Virus record (IMG/VR): IMGVR_UViG_2778261515_000018
Span: 1-28,775 of that record
Strand: one strand, 5' to 3'
Source: a virus
Lineage: Duplodnaviria > Heunggongvirae > Uroviricota > Caudoviricetes
DNA: 28,775 nt
The notes beneath the pieces were generated by a model. It saw only the letters and a program-made list of their open reading frames with translations. It was not told where the DNA came from and did not search any database. Shown one piece after another: positions 1 to 7,271 of the stretch. The number at the start of each line of letters is the position of its first letter. Positions within the stretch are counted from its first letter, which is position 1. The translations under genes were made by a program, and so were the position numbers.

Positions 1-201
1 TTACCCATTGGCGCGGCTTAAGAGCTTATTTTTGAATTCACAATGGTCACGATATAACCATCTTGCTCGACCGTGGATAACTTTGGCTTTTGGCAGGTCG
101 CCGGACTTAATCCGGTCGTAGATGAAGGTTTTACCAAAGCCAGTATCGGCCATGATGAATTTCAAATCAACCAGTGAATCAGGCTGGAGTTCGTGTTGCA
201 T
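1..201 (-). CDS. xis: Excisionase-like small DNA-binding protein (Xis/AlpA-like)
   Basis: Track ORF 1..216 begins at a TTG; first ATG is at 201 with GGAG 9 nt upstream. Small basic protein with HTH-like core (FGKTFIYDRIKSGDLPKAKVIHGRARWLYRD) at the distal end of the leftward operon, where lambdoid xis lies. Int would be left of the window. Confidence 0.55.
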   Translation of the reverse strand: MQHELQPDSLVDLKFIMADTGFGKTFIYDRIKSGDLPKAKVIHGRARWLYRDHCEFKNKLLSRANG

Positions 202-243
202 GAGTGCTATCTCCAAATAGGGAATCGAACCTGCAAATCAGGC

Positions 244-269
244 AATAAAAAACCGCCATCAGGCGGCTT
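244..269 (-). terminator. Intrinsic terminator-like hairpin with T-run on minus strand
   Basis: Minus-strand RNA reads GCCGCCUGAUGGCGG followed by UUUUUUAUU; the hairpin overlaps the stop codon of the 55-aa ORF at 259..426. Confidence 0.5.
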
Positions 270-426
270 GGTGTTCTTTCAGTTCTTCAATTCGAATATT
301 GGTTACGTCTGCATGCGCTATCTGCGCCCATATCATCCAGTGGTTATAGCAGTCGTTGATGTCCTCTGCTTCGATAACCCTGTCGAATGGCTCTCCATTC
401 CATTCACCTGTGACTCGGAAGTGCAT
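259..426 (-). CDS. Hypothetical small protein (55 aa)
   Basis: ORF MHFRVTGEWNGEPFDRVIEAEDINDCYNHWMIWAQIAHADVTNIRIEELKEHQAA read by hand from the minus strand; GGAG 9 nt upstream of the ATG at 426. Below the 60-aa cutoff of the supplied track. Confidence 0.5.
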   Translation of the reverse strand: MHFRVTGEWNGEPFDRVIEAEDINDCYNHWMIWAQIAHADVTNIRIEELKEHQAA

Positions 427-526
427 TTATCATCTCCATAAAACAAAACCCGCCGTAGCGAGTTCAGATAAAAGAAATCCCCGCGAGTGCGAGGATTGTT
501 ATTCACCTTTAACGGCAAGTTGCAGG

Positions 527-1555
527 TTAGCCACGGTTAACCTCCTGCGGCGGTTCTGGCAGCGGCATCCAGTGAGTTGCTTGCTCAATACCATTACCAG
601 GCTTAATCGTTGCATCTCCGCGCCGGAATGTGCTTCCTGTATAGCGTGCGGAGCATATTAGCGGCTCAACCAGATCACTATCGAAATCCACCGAAATAAG
701 TACGTCCTGATTCTTTTTCGGCATTCGCTCACTACAGCTTATCCAACCATCCGGAGTTACCGGAGATTTGCCATTTACATCGAAGTTTGGCTCTGCGTCC
801 TGAACCAGGAGGATGTAACCATTCTTGGCAGTATCAAGTTCTGACGCCTCGGTGACGGTGCCGAAATAGCGATTACCTAAATCAGCATCACAAGTACTTA
901 CATCAATGGAAACTTCCATGCCTTCGATTAATTCTGGCAAGTTGTAAGCTTGGCTTACAGGTTCGGCTTCCAGTTCTGCAATGCGCTTTTTTGCTGTTTC
1001 CAGCTCGCCCAGCAGCGCCAAGACGGTAGCCGGATTGGCTGCGGCGATGAATTCAGCATTGGCCTGCTGTTCTATTTGGAAATCTTCATCGAAACCGCTT
1101 TCAGGATGCGCTCCTTCAATTCTGCAAATGGGAAGATATCCAACAACTTCACGATGAATTAGCGCATCATCACCATCAAATCGGCCCTCTCCATATTCGA
1201 GCGACCACACACCACACGTTGCTTTTTCTGCCTTTTCACGCAATGCCTGATAGTCAATCTTGTTCACTGGTTGTCTCCTTGCAGGGCTTTCGAATGTATC
1301 AAACTCAAACAACTTAACCACGTCATCAAACAGGACATAATCGCCATCAGGATCTTCAGTCATGTCAGCGCCACAATCCTGACCGAACGAGTCACAACCA
1401 TCCATATCAAGCTCGTATCGCTTCAGGTTTGCGATATTTGATAAATTCAGCGCCAGTACAGCCAGGTCATAAACCTCTTCGGCAGTGACATCGCTGTTCA
1501 GTCCCATTTCATGGCGATATATGATTTTTTCTACTCGTTGTTTTGTGATTGTCAT
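527..1555 (-). CDS. Ea22-like / DUF551-domain phage protein (342 aa)
   Basis: Track ORF; GGAGG RBS; ATGA start/stop overlap with upstream gene; C-terminal DGWISCSERMPKKNQDVLI resembles the DUF551 motif common in lambdoid early-left regions. Confidence 0.65.
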   Translation of the reverse strand: MTITKQRVEKIIYRHEMGLNSDVTAEEVYDLAVLALNLSNIANLKRYELDMDGCDSFGQDCGADMTEDPDGDYVLFDDVVKLFEFDTFESPARRQPVNKIDYQALREKAEKATCGVWSLEYGEGRFDGDDALIHREVVGYLPICRIEGAHPESGFDEDFQIEQQANAEFIAAANPATVLALLGELETAKKRIAELEAEPVSQAYNLPELIEGMEVSIDVSTCDADLGNRYFGTVTEASELDTAKNGYILLVQDAEPNFDVNGKSPVTPDGWISCSERMPKKNQDVLISVDFDSDLVEPLICSARYTGSTFRRGDATIKPGNGIEQATHWMPLPEPPQEVNRG

Positions 1556-2013
1556 TTTTGCTCGCCTCCCTGTTCTTCCAGAAAAATACGCATAGCCTCA
1601 AGCATCTCTTCGGTGTCATACGGTGACAACTTGTCACGCAGGATGTGTTCAATTCTGTTAATGAACTTGCGGATTGCTTTGTGTTCAATTTCAGCCAAAA
1701 AAGCATCGGTGGCCGGGGTGTCTGATTGCAGAGACTTTGCGCGACAGTCATTCCACCCTCTTGCATACATGGGATTAACTTGCACTCCATCTTTTACGCA
1801 ATATGCCTGCCCTCCACGGTTGATAACCTCAATTTCGCCCATAGCGCCAGACTTCAGCCCCGCATTCTCCGCTGCCAGCGCCGCGCACTTGGCCTCCGCT
1901 TCAGCAAATTTACGCACCAGATATTCAGCGTTTGTTTCGTTAACCTTTAAATCTCGGGGGATGCATTTACCTTTCAGAAAACCATCCATCTCAATTAGTG
2001 ACATTTGTTTCAT
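1552..2013 (-). CDS. Hypothetical phage early protein (153 aa)
   Basis: Track ORF; translationally coupled (ATGA overlaps at both ends); GGAG upstream. Confidence 0.6.
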   Translation of the reverse strand: MKQMSLIEMDGFLKGKCIPRDLKVNETNAEYLVRKFAEAEAKCAALAAENAGLKSGAMGEIEVINRGGQAYCVKDGVQVNPMYARGWNDCRAKSLQSDTPATDAFLAEIEHKAIRKFINRIEHILRDKLSPYDTEEMLEAMRIFLEEQGGEQK

Positions 2014-2174
2014 TTTTTCCCACTCCGCAACATCGCATTCAGATATTTGTTTTGATTCACTGACGGAAAAGAATTTCTCTTAAGCAATTCCTCTCTCGAT
2101 GGCATTGGTTTTACGCGTTGGCGAATAATCATTTCTGCCGGAAGAATTCCGGGATTGTATGCAAGTCCTCTCAT
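2010..2174 (-). CDS. Hypothetical small protein (54 aa)
   Basis: Inside track ORF 2010..2327; ATG at 2174 is preceded by GAGGAA and lies directly after the stop of the 98-aa ORF (TGA at 2185..2187), so the longer track ORF is probably an over-extension. Confidence 0.4.
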   Translation of the reverse strand: MRGLAYNPGILPAEMIIRQRVKPMPSREELLKRNSFPSVNQNKYLNAMLRSGKK

Positions 2175-2184
2175 GGTAAATTCC

Positions 2185-2481
2185 TCAGTCATTACTGATA
2201 GCGCCATAGCGTGAGCGGTAATTACGCAGGCGCGGATCGATATATTCAGGGAAGTGGGTATATGTGGCTTTGCGGAATGGTCGGATTGATGTCTGGTAAA
2301 TTCGCTCGCGTTCTTCTTTCTCTGCAAGCCATATACAATGGCGAAATTCCTTTTCCTCTTTCGTTTCCTGCGGTAGCGACATTATCCGATCGTAGTTTTT
2401 TCTGAATTTATCCAGCACCTCCGACACGGAATTGCCGGAACAGCGGCGCGCGTCGTCCGCACCATACAGAGGCGCTGGCAT
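2185..2481 (-). CDS. Hypothetical protein (98 aa); size and position reminiscent of P22 Abc2 but not verifiable here
   Basis: Track ORF; AAGGA upstream of ATG; lies downstream of erf and the ssb-like gene in the leftward operon. Confidence 0.5.
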   Translation of the reverse strand: MPAPLYGADDARRCSGNSVSEVLDKFRKNYDRIMSLPQETKEEKEFRHCIWLAEKEERERIYQTSIRPFRKATYTHFPEYIDPRLRNYRSRYGAISND

Positions 2482-2504
2482 AATGGAATCCTTATGTTGC
2501 TACT

Positions 2505-2888
2505 TTAGAAGGGAATTGAATCGTCGTATTCAGGATGATTTTGATGATTGCTACTTTGCTGCTGTTGGCTGTTTCCTGAAGTTGCAAATCCAATCTTTGC
2601 ATTCAGTAATTCAAGAGTGATTGATTGACCATTTTGCCCCTGATAAACATCAACCCTGATGTTTTCTCCGGTAATTTCAACAATGCCACCTTCAACAAGA
2701 ACACTACGGTAGTAATCCGCTTGCGCTCCCGGCTTGGCAAATACAACGGCGCTGTAGTTTGTCCATTCTTTCTTTTTTGTCTGGCGATCGTAATACTGAA
2801 CGCCAGCACGGATGTTGAATCCGATATTTTCCCCGGCCTGAAACTCTCTTGCGGGTTTGTTTAGTCTTACAGTAATCGAATGTGCCAT
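2505..2888 (-). CDS. Short SSB-like OB-fold protein with C-terminal acidic tail (127 aa)
   Basis: Start ATG overlaps erf stop (TAATG); AGGAG RBS. Gly/Gln-rich linker (SGNSQQQQSSNHQNH) then C-terminal EYDDSIPF, the hallmark SSB tail (DDDIPF-like); core resembles SSB strands (WTNYSAVVFAKPG...IVEITGENIRVDVYQGQNGQ). Confidence 0.55.
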   Translation of the reverse strand: MAHSITVRLNKPAREFQAGENIGFNIRAGVQYYDRQTKKKEWTNYSAVVFAKPGAQADYYRSVLVEGGIVEITGENIRVDVYQGQNGQSITLELLNAKIGFATSGNSQQQQSSNHQNHPEYDDSIPF

Positions 2889-3493
2889 TAAGCAGCCGCT
2901 CCTTCTAATTCGTCTCGTCTGATGTTGTAAACGTCCTGCGCTTTGTGCTGCTCCGGTGTGCCTTCGAGCATCTTCCACGCTTTGGCGAACGCCTGTTTAA
3001 GCTCTTCTACGGTGTTTTTCTGCAATGCTGCGTCAGTGAATGCTTTTAGAACCTGCTCAGGTGTATGTGATGGCTTTGATTGCTTTGCTGCTGCGTTCTG
3101 CTGATGTTTATGCTCGTCGGTATCTGCATCTTTCGCATCATCAATGCCGAACAAACCATTGAGGCAATACTTGCGTGCATAAGAGCTTGTAGCTCCCGTA
3201 ACTTGTGCAGAATCCATTCCTTTCTTGCTTTCTTCCTCTCGTGCAAGAGCGGTTGCCGTATGACTGTTTTCACCATCGGTAATAGTTGCCGTGGCTTTCA
3301 CGTAATACCGATCACCAATCAACACAACTTCATCGCTGATTGATAAAAACAGGCCATTCAGTAACGGCTTAACGCCTTCAAGAATGTCTTCGCAGCTTCT
3401 GTATTTATATTTACCGAATGAGTTGTACTGATTCTTTGGCGCGTTCAGATTCTCCTGAATAGCTGCCAGTCTTGCGTAAAATTCTTTGCTCAT
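2888..3493 (-). CDS. erf: Erf single-strand annealing recombinase (essential recombination function)
   Basis: Translation from the internal ATG (MSKEFYARLAAIQENLNAPKNQYNSFGKYKYRSCEDILEGVKPLL...) matches the Erf family as I recall P22 Erf. Track ORF is extended upstream from a TTG. Confidence 0.85.
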   Translation of the reverse strand: MSKEFYARLAAIQENLNAPKNQYNSFGKYKYRSCEDILEGVKPLLNGLFLSISDEVVLIGDRYYVKATATITDGENSHTATALAREEESKKGMDSAQVTGATSSYARKYCLNGLFGIDDAKDADTDEHKHQQNAAAKQSKPSHTPEQVLKAFTDAALQKNTVEELKQAFAKAWKMLEGTPEQHKAQDVYNIRRDELEGAAA

Positions 3494-3503
3494 ATGATTG
3501 TTC

Positions 3504-3674
3504 TCAGAATGGACACGGCCCAAGGAAATAACGCTGATTTAATACTTCAGTCTTTGCCGCATTTAAAAATACGCGAACACCTTCACGATCTCCCTTCTGG
3601 CGATACATTAACGCCTGCTGCGTGTACATGCGTCTCTGTAACTTGCTCTCCTTCACTGTGGTTGCAAGTGACAT
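3504..3674 (-). CDS. Hypothetical small protein (56 aa) immediately upstream of erf
   Basis: ATG at 3674 preceded by AAGGAG with 6-nt spacer; stop 10 nt before erf start. Overlaps the next ORF by about 90 nt in another frame. Confidence 0.4.
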   Translation of the reverse strand: MSLATTVKESKLQRRMYTQQALMYRQKGDREGVRVFLNAAKTEVLNQRYFLGPCPF

Positions 3675-3753
3675 GAATATCTCCTTCGTTACCGATTAAT
3701 TCTTTCATCTGACGAATGAATTCTTCGTCTGACCAGTTGTCTGTAAAACTCAT
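3583..3753 (-). CDS. Hypothetical small protein (56 aa), start coupled to kil-like stop
   Basis: ATG overlaps the stop of the kil-like ORF (ATGA). C-terminal part is low complexity and overlaps the 3504..3674 ORF, so one of the two may be non-coding over the shared stretch. Confidence 0.3.
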   Translation of the reverse strand: MSFTDNWSDEEFIRQMKELIGNEGDIHVTCNHSEGEQVTETHVHAAGVNVSPEGRS

Positions 3754-3902
3754 TTCCTGCGATACCACGGATGGTTGATAGCTGATTTCATCTCTTTATT
3801 TGCTTCAAGCCACATTTTGGAATCACCAATAAATCTGGCTATTACTGCTTTATTTTGTGCAGCGCGAAGCATCTGGTGATTAATGGCTATTTCATTGCGC
3901 AT
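3750..3902 (-). CDS. kil: Kil-like small protein (50 aa), possible host division inhibitor
   Basis: Hand-translated MRNEIAINHQMLRAAQNKAVIARFIGDSKMWLEANKEMKSAINHPWYRRK; GAGG RBS; directly downstream of cIII as in lambda. The IARFIGD motif resembles lambda Kil as I recall it (memory-based). Confidence 0.45.
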   Translation of the reverse strand: MRNEIAINHQMLRAAQNKAVIARFIGDSKMWLEANKEMKSAINHPWYRRK

Positions 3903-4018
3903 AACAAGACCTCAACTCTTTTCCATCCGTCACGTAATTTACGGGTGATTCGTTCAAGTAAAGATTCATTTAATTGGAAGGCACCCATGCGAGCGCCTCC
4001 CGCGATTGCGTAAATCAT
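3887..4018 (-). CDS. cIII: CIII, inhibitor of FtsH that stabilises CII
   Basis: Hand-translated MIYAIAGGARMGAFQLNESLLERITRKLRDGWKRVEVLLCAMK; the ESLLERITRKLRDGWKR core matches lambda CIII; AAGGAA RBS. Confidence 0.8.
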   Translation of the reverse strand: MIYAIAGGARMGAFQLNESLLERITRKLRDGWKRVEVLLCAMK

Positions 4019-4042
4019 GGGTGGTTCCTTATGTTGGTTTTA

Positions 4043-5011
4043 TTAGTAGGTTATTTTTGTTGCGAATACTTCGCCTTTTACGATGGCTGTTATGATATTT
4101 TTAGCAACATCTTCTGATGCGCCAACCTTGATAAGGTCAGCAAGTATTTTGTTATTTACTTCTTTCCGGTGAGCTTTATCCTTTGCTCTACGCTCTTCTT
4201 CTTCCTTGATTCTTTTTTCTTCTGCTATTCTGGCTTGCTCTTTTGCTTCAGCCTCGCGCCGGATTCGTTCAGCCTCCTCCTGTGCTTTTCGGCGTTCTGC
4301 TTCAATTGCCGCCTGCTTTTCTCTTTCAGCTCGTTCTGCTGCCTCTTTTGTTTCGCGCTGTGCTCGTTGCTCGGCTTCAATGCGTTCACGCTCTGCACGT
4401 TCCGCTGCGGCCTTAGCTTCTGCTTCTCGCCTTGCTGCTGCTTCAATTTCGGCTTTTGCCTTTGCTTCGGCTTCAGCTCTGGCTTTCTCTTCAGCTTCTC
4501 TTTTTAAGCGTTCTTCATGCTCTCGCTTTTCCTGCTCCGCTTTGAGTCTTGCCTCTTCTCTTTGGCGGTCAAATTCGCGATCCATCAAAATCGCTATTTC
4601 ATGGTCAGACTCAATTTGCTTTGCGAGAGCTTCAGCTGCTGCCTTAGCTTCTTCTTCAGCTTTAATTCGCGCCTGTTCCTCTTCATAATCAGTAAGAGGC
4701 TGGCGTGCCTTGGCTTTCAGCTCATCAAGGCGATCGCGCACTGTCTTGCGGTTGGCATCAATTAGCTTTGGAATTTCCTTCAGTTCAGCAACAAGGTCTT
4801 TTCCAAGACCATCGAGATATGTTTTCGTCTGCGCAACTTTATACGCCAGAGAAGCGATCTCCTTTCTGCCCTTTGCCGTTGTGATATCAGGCACAAAGGA
4901 CATAACTTCACGTTCAACCTTTTGAAGGATTTCTTCAATCTGGTCGGCAGACTGAAATACAGTCATTGCATTTGCTTTTTCAATAACAACTAAATCTGTT
5001 ACTTCACTCAT
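4043..5011 (-). CDS. Coiled-coil protein with a long Glu/Arg/Lys/Ala-rich helical repeat region (322 aa)
   Basis: Track ORF trimmed to the ATG at 5011 (GGAGG 4-5 nt upstream). About 150 residues of EAEAKAKAEIEAAARREAEAKAAAERAERER-type repeats. Confidence 0.7.
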   Translation of the reverse strand: MSEVTDLVVIEKANAMTVFQSADQIEEILQKVEREVMSFVPDITTAKGRKEIASLAYKVAQTKTYLDGLGKDLVAELKEIPKLIDANRKTVRDRLDELKAKARQPLTDYEEEQARIKAEEEAKAAAEALAKQIESDHEIAILMDREFDRQREEARLKAEQEKREHEERLKREAEEKARAEAEAKAKAEIEAAARREAEAKAAAERAERERIEAEQRAQRETKEAAERAEREKQAAIEAERRKAQEEAERIRREAEAKEQARIAEEKRIKEEEERRAKDKAHRKEVNNKILADLIKVGASEDVAKNIITAIVKGEVFATKITY

Positions 5012-5028
5012 ATATCCTCCGTCAAAAA

Positions 5029-5048
5029 AATTGCCCTCACACCGGAGG
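5029..5048 (-). terminator. Intrinsic terminator in the pL operon (tL-like)
   Basis: Minus-strand RNA GCCCUC CGGUGU GAGGGC followed by AAUUUUUUU, immediately upstream of the RBS of the 4043..5011 gene. Confidence 0.55.
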
Positions 5049-5145
5049 GCAAAGAAGATTTCCAATAATCAGAACAAGTCGGCTCCTGTTTGGTTACGAG
5101 CGACATTGCTCCGTGTATTCACTCGTTGGAATGAATACACAGTGC

Positions 5146-5334
5146 TTATTCGTCATGCATTTCAGGTAATTCTTCGTATTCGACGCCCCATACGAGTTTA
5201 CACCAACTAACTCGCTCATATCTTTTACAAAAATCAGACCACATAACTTGGGTTCCATCATGGTTTGTTATTACTTCTGTAATATCACCAGCACTAACAA
5301 AACTGGTATTAGAAGCAGTTATTTTTACTTTCAT
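5146..5334 (-). CDS. Hypothetical protein (62 aa)
   Basis: Track ORF; GGAG RBS; TAATG coupling with upstream ORF; A+T-rich. Confidence 0.5.
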   Translation of the reverse strand: MKVKITASNTSFVSAGDITEVITNHDGTQVMWSDFCKRYERVSWCKLVWGVEYEELPEMHDE

Positions 5335-5468
5335 TACTTATCTCCAAGAGCATTTGCAGCCTCTTTTGCTTTGTGAATCCATAGCAGAGCCATGTAGTAC
5401 ACAGCCTTTTCGTCGGCTCCTGTGATATCTTGCTCTGCCATCCATTTTGTAAATTCAACTGCGTTCAT
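5334..5468 (-). CDS. Hypothetical small protein (44 aa)
   Basis: Internal ATG of track ORF 5334..5588 with GAGGTG RBS (MNAVEFTKWMAEQDITGADEKAVYYMALLWIHKAKEAANALGDK). Confidence 0.4.
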   Translation of the reverse strand: MNAVEFTKWMAEQDITGADEKAVYYMALLWIHKAKEAANALGDK

Positions 5469-5514
5469 ATTCACCTCTGTTGTTTGTGCCAAAAATAAAG
5501 GCCGACTATGCGGC

Positions 5515-5985
5515 CTAGTAGAATACCCAATTTTCTGTTTCTTGGTTGTGTCCAAAGTTATATTCAATATCTGGTGTTGATGTATCAATATTTTTCATCC
5601 CATCAACAAGAGTTGATACAACAGCCAAATCTTGTTTTATCCTCATTAAATGGTATTTCTTCCGGCGCAATAAACTTTCAATAGCAAGTTTCTTCGTTGG
5701 GAATGCAAAAGATCTTTCTGCATTTTTTGCTACTTTCTTAATTGCATATCTATTTCTCCTTTGTTTCCATTCCTGTAACCACTGATTTGGTGCTGGTTTA
5801 AAATTAACAATCCAATGCGCAGGAACCAACCATGCATAATGCTCTGTCTGATGAAAAGCTATATATTGAAGTGCGAATATTTTGATTCCATCTTCTTCAA
5901 CTGTCGCTTGGAATCTCCAGAAAACAGGCATTCCCTCATGTTCAGTTTCTGATTCAGGAAAAGGTACGCTCCATGATTTTGTCAT
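5515..5985 (-). CDS. Hypothetical protein (156 aa), A+T-rich cargo gene in the pL operon
   Basis: Track ORF; GAGGTGA RBS; no recognisable motif; visibly lower G+C than neighbours. Confidence 0.6.
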   Translation of the reverse strand: MTKSWSVPFPESETEHEGMPVFWRFQATVEEDGIKIFALQYIAFHQTEHYAWLVPAHWIVNFKPAPNQWLQEWKQRRNRYAIKKVAKNAERSFAFPTKKLAIESLLRRKKYHLMRIKQDLAVVSTLVDGMKNIDTSTPDIEYNFGHNQETENWVFY

Positions 5986-6017
5986 ATCTCACCTCAAATA
6001 AGTGGTTTGCTTGCAAT

Positions 6018-6040
6018 AAAAAACCCGTCTTGGACGGGTT
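6018..6040 (-). terminator. Intrinsic terminator in the pL operon
   Basis: Minus-strand RNA CCCGUC CAAG ACGGG followed by UUUUUUAUU. Confidence 0.55.
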
Positions 6041-6042
6041 GA

Positions 6043-6321
6043 TTACCATTTCTTTTTGGGGTTTCGTTGATGGGCGTGATTGACAACTTTAAACATTGCA
6101 TCTCCACCAGAATTATTGTCAATCTCTGTCTTTTCGTGAGCTACTGCTAATTCAGCTGCTTTTTCACCCCTCACGGCAGCCAATCCTCCTTTTTCCAAAA
6201 TCTCTGCCTTTCTCTCCTCCCGGCTCTTGTTTTCCTTCTCTGCTCTTTCTGCCTTCCTGGCCTCTCTGCGGCGGTTCCTGCTATTATCTCTCGCTGGCTT
6301 GATTGTTATGCTAGGCTTCAT
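6043..6321 (-). CDS. Hypothetical highly charged protein (92 aa)
   Basis: Track ORF; GAGGT RBS; starts 3 nt after the N stop. Confidence 0.55.
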   Translation of the reverse strand: MKPSITIKPARDNSRNRRREARKAERAEKENKSREERKAEILEKGGLAAVRGEKAAELAVAHEKTEIDNNSGGDAMFKVVNHAHQRNPKKKW

Positions 6322-6323
6322 TT

Positions 6324-6632
6324 TTACCTCGCTGTAATTAGTTTTTGCCTTCTGTAACCAGCAGCATACAGTGCAACTTCAGGCAAACAAACGCTTCCGC
6401 TATTCGCATCTGTATTTGATTTGCTAATGATGCCGAGTGATATTGCTTTTTCAGAAATGCTTAAACGCTTTCTCGGGGCTTCCTGAACAGGTTCCTCACT
6501 GTCTGTGCCGAAGATCGAATCGATGATGTTGCATATAGCATCACGCTCGATAGCCAGCTTTCTGCGCCGCTCATGACGGCGAGTTTTGGCATTTCCTGCA
6601 AATGTTGATTTTCCGTACACGATTACCGTCAT
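6324..6632 (-). CDS. N: Antitermination protein N, P22 gp24-type
   Basis: Internal ATG of track ORF with GAGGAA RBS; N-terminal arginine-rich motif GNAKTRRHERRRKLAIERD matches the P22 N peptide; cognate P22-type boxB lies upstream. Confidence 0.85.
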   Translation of the reverse strand: MTVIVYGKSTFAGNAKTRRHERRRKLAIERDAICNIIDSIFGTDSEEPVQEAPRKRLSISEKAISLGIISKSNTDANSGSVCLPEVALYAAGYRRQKLITAR

Positions 6633-6751
6633 GATATTTTCCTCATGTGAAATGGCTTTGGTGGTAATGCGCCAGATGCTGATCTTCTGGTTGCTGTCGT
6701 TGCTGCTGCAATTCACATCACCGCCAAACCCATCTCGTTTGGTATCTGTTT

Positions 6752-6786
6752 GCGCTTTGTCAGCGCCCCATCGAAGTTAAAGAGCC
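6752..6786 (-). promoter_or_regulatory. nutL: nutL: boxB (6752..6766) and boxA (6776..6786)
   Basis: Minus-strand reading GGCTCTTTAAC (boxA-like), 9-nt spacer, GCGCTGACAAAGCGC (P22-type boxB hairpin), between pL and N. Confidence 0.8.
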
Positions 6787-6831
6787 TGCCAATCTGTTCC
6801 GTTTGGCTTCCAGCTTCCTGCTGATGTGTTT

Positions 6832-6894
6832 AGTATCACCGCTAGTGGTATTTGTGTCAACACCGCCAGAGATAATTTATCACCGCAGATGGTT
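6832..6894 (-). promoter_or_regulatory. pL promoter with OL1/OL2/OL3 operators (lambda-type)
   Basis: Minus strand: -35 TTGACA (6855..6860), 17-bp spacer, -10 GATACT (6832..6837). 17-bp operators OL1 6834..6850, OL2 6858..6874, OL3 6878..6894, near-identical to lambda as recalled. Confidence 0.85.
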
Positions 6895-7043
6895 ATCTGT
6901 ATGTTTTTTATATGGATTTATTTTTTGCAGGGGTGAATTGTTAGGTAGGTGAGGGATCAGAATTGCACTGTTTAGCAAGTTGTATCTATTAGTTTTCCAA
7001 TAAATACAAATGGTTATGTGTTGTTGGGAAAGGGGAGCGAGAG

Positions 7044-7071
7044 GCAAAGAAAACCCGGCGCTGAGGCCGGG
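7044..7071 (-). terminator. t_imm-like intrinsic terminator ending the cI operon
   Basis: Minus-strand RNA CCCGGC CUCAGC GCCGGG followed by UUUUCUUUG; matches the lambda t_imm sequence as recalled. Confidence 0.75.
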
Positions 7072-7085
7072 TTGTGAGGAATTAA

Positions 7086-7271
7086 TTACAGAGCAAAGAG
7101 ATCATGCATTAGGTTGCTGTTCATCTGGTGGTTGAATTGATACGGCTCCAATTCCTTCTTGATCTCGTTCAGGTGTTGTTCCGCTTTTTTTGCCAGATCG
7201 TGACCTTCTTGGATCTGGCTTTCCAACATCTTGTTGAGAATTTCCATCTCCGGTTGCAGATTCTTCGGCAT
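7086..7271 (-). CDS. Possible small overlapping ORF (61 aa) at the 3' end of the peptidase gene
   Basis: Alternative frame MPKNLQPEMEILNKMLESQIQEGHDLAKKAEQHLNEIKKELEPYQFNHQMNSNLMHDLFAL with GAGG about 9 nt upstream of ATG; could be a separate gene, a frameshift product or chance. Confidence 0.25.
   Translation of the reverse strand: MPKNLQPEMEILNKMLESQIQEGHDLAKKAEQHLNEIKKELEPYQFNHQMNSNLMHDLFAL

Noticed and set aside
205-240. tRNA-like T-loop fragment (minus strand GCAGGTTCGATTCC) that might mark an attachment site
   Set aside because: No complementary T-stem or acceptor stem can be formed, no other tRNA features are present, and it lies internal to xis rather than beyond int where attP would be expected.
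4169-4925. Several plus-strand ORFs (60-160 aa) with Ser/Phe/Cys/Ala-rich low-complexity translations
   Set aside because: They are antisense shadows of the repetitive ER/K-rich region of the minus-strand gene 4043..5011 and have no RBS or coding-like composition.
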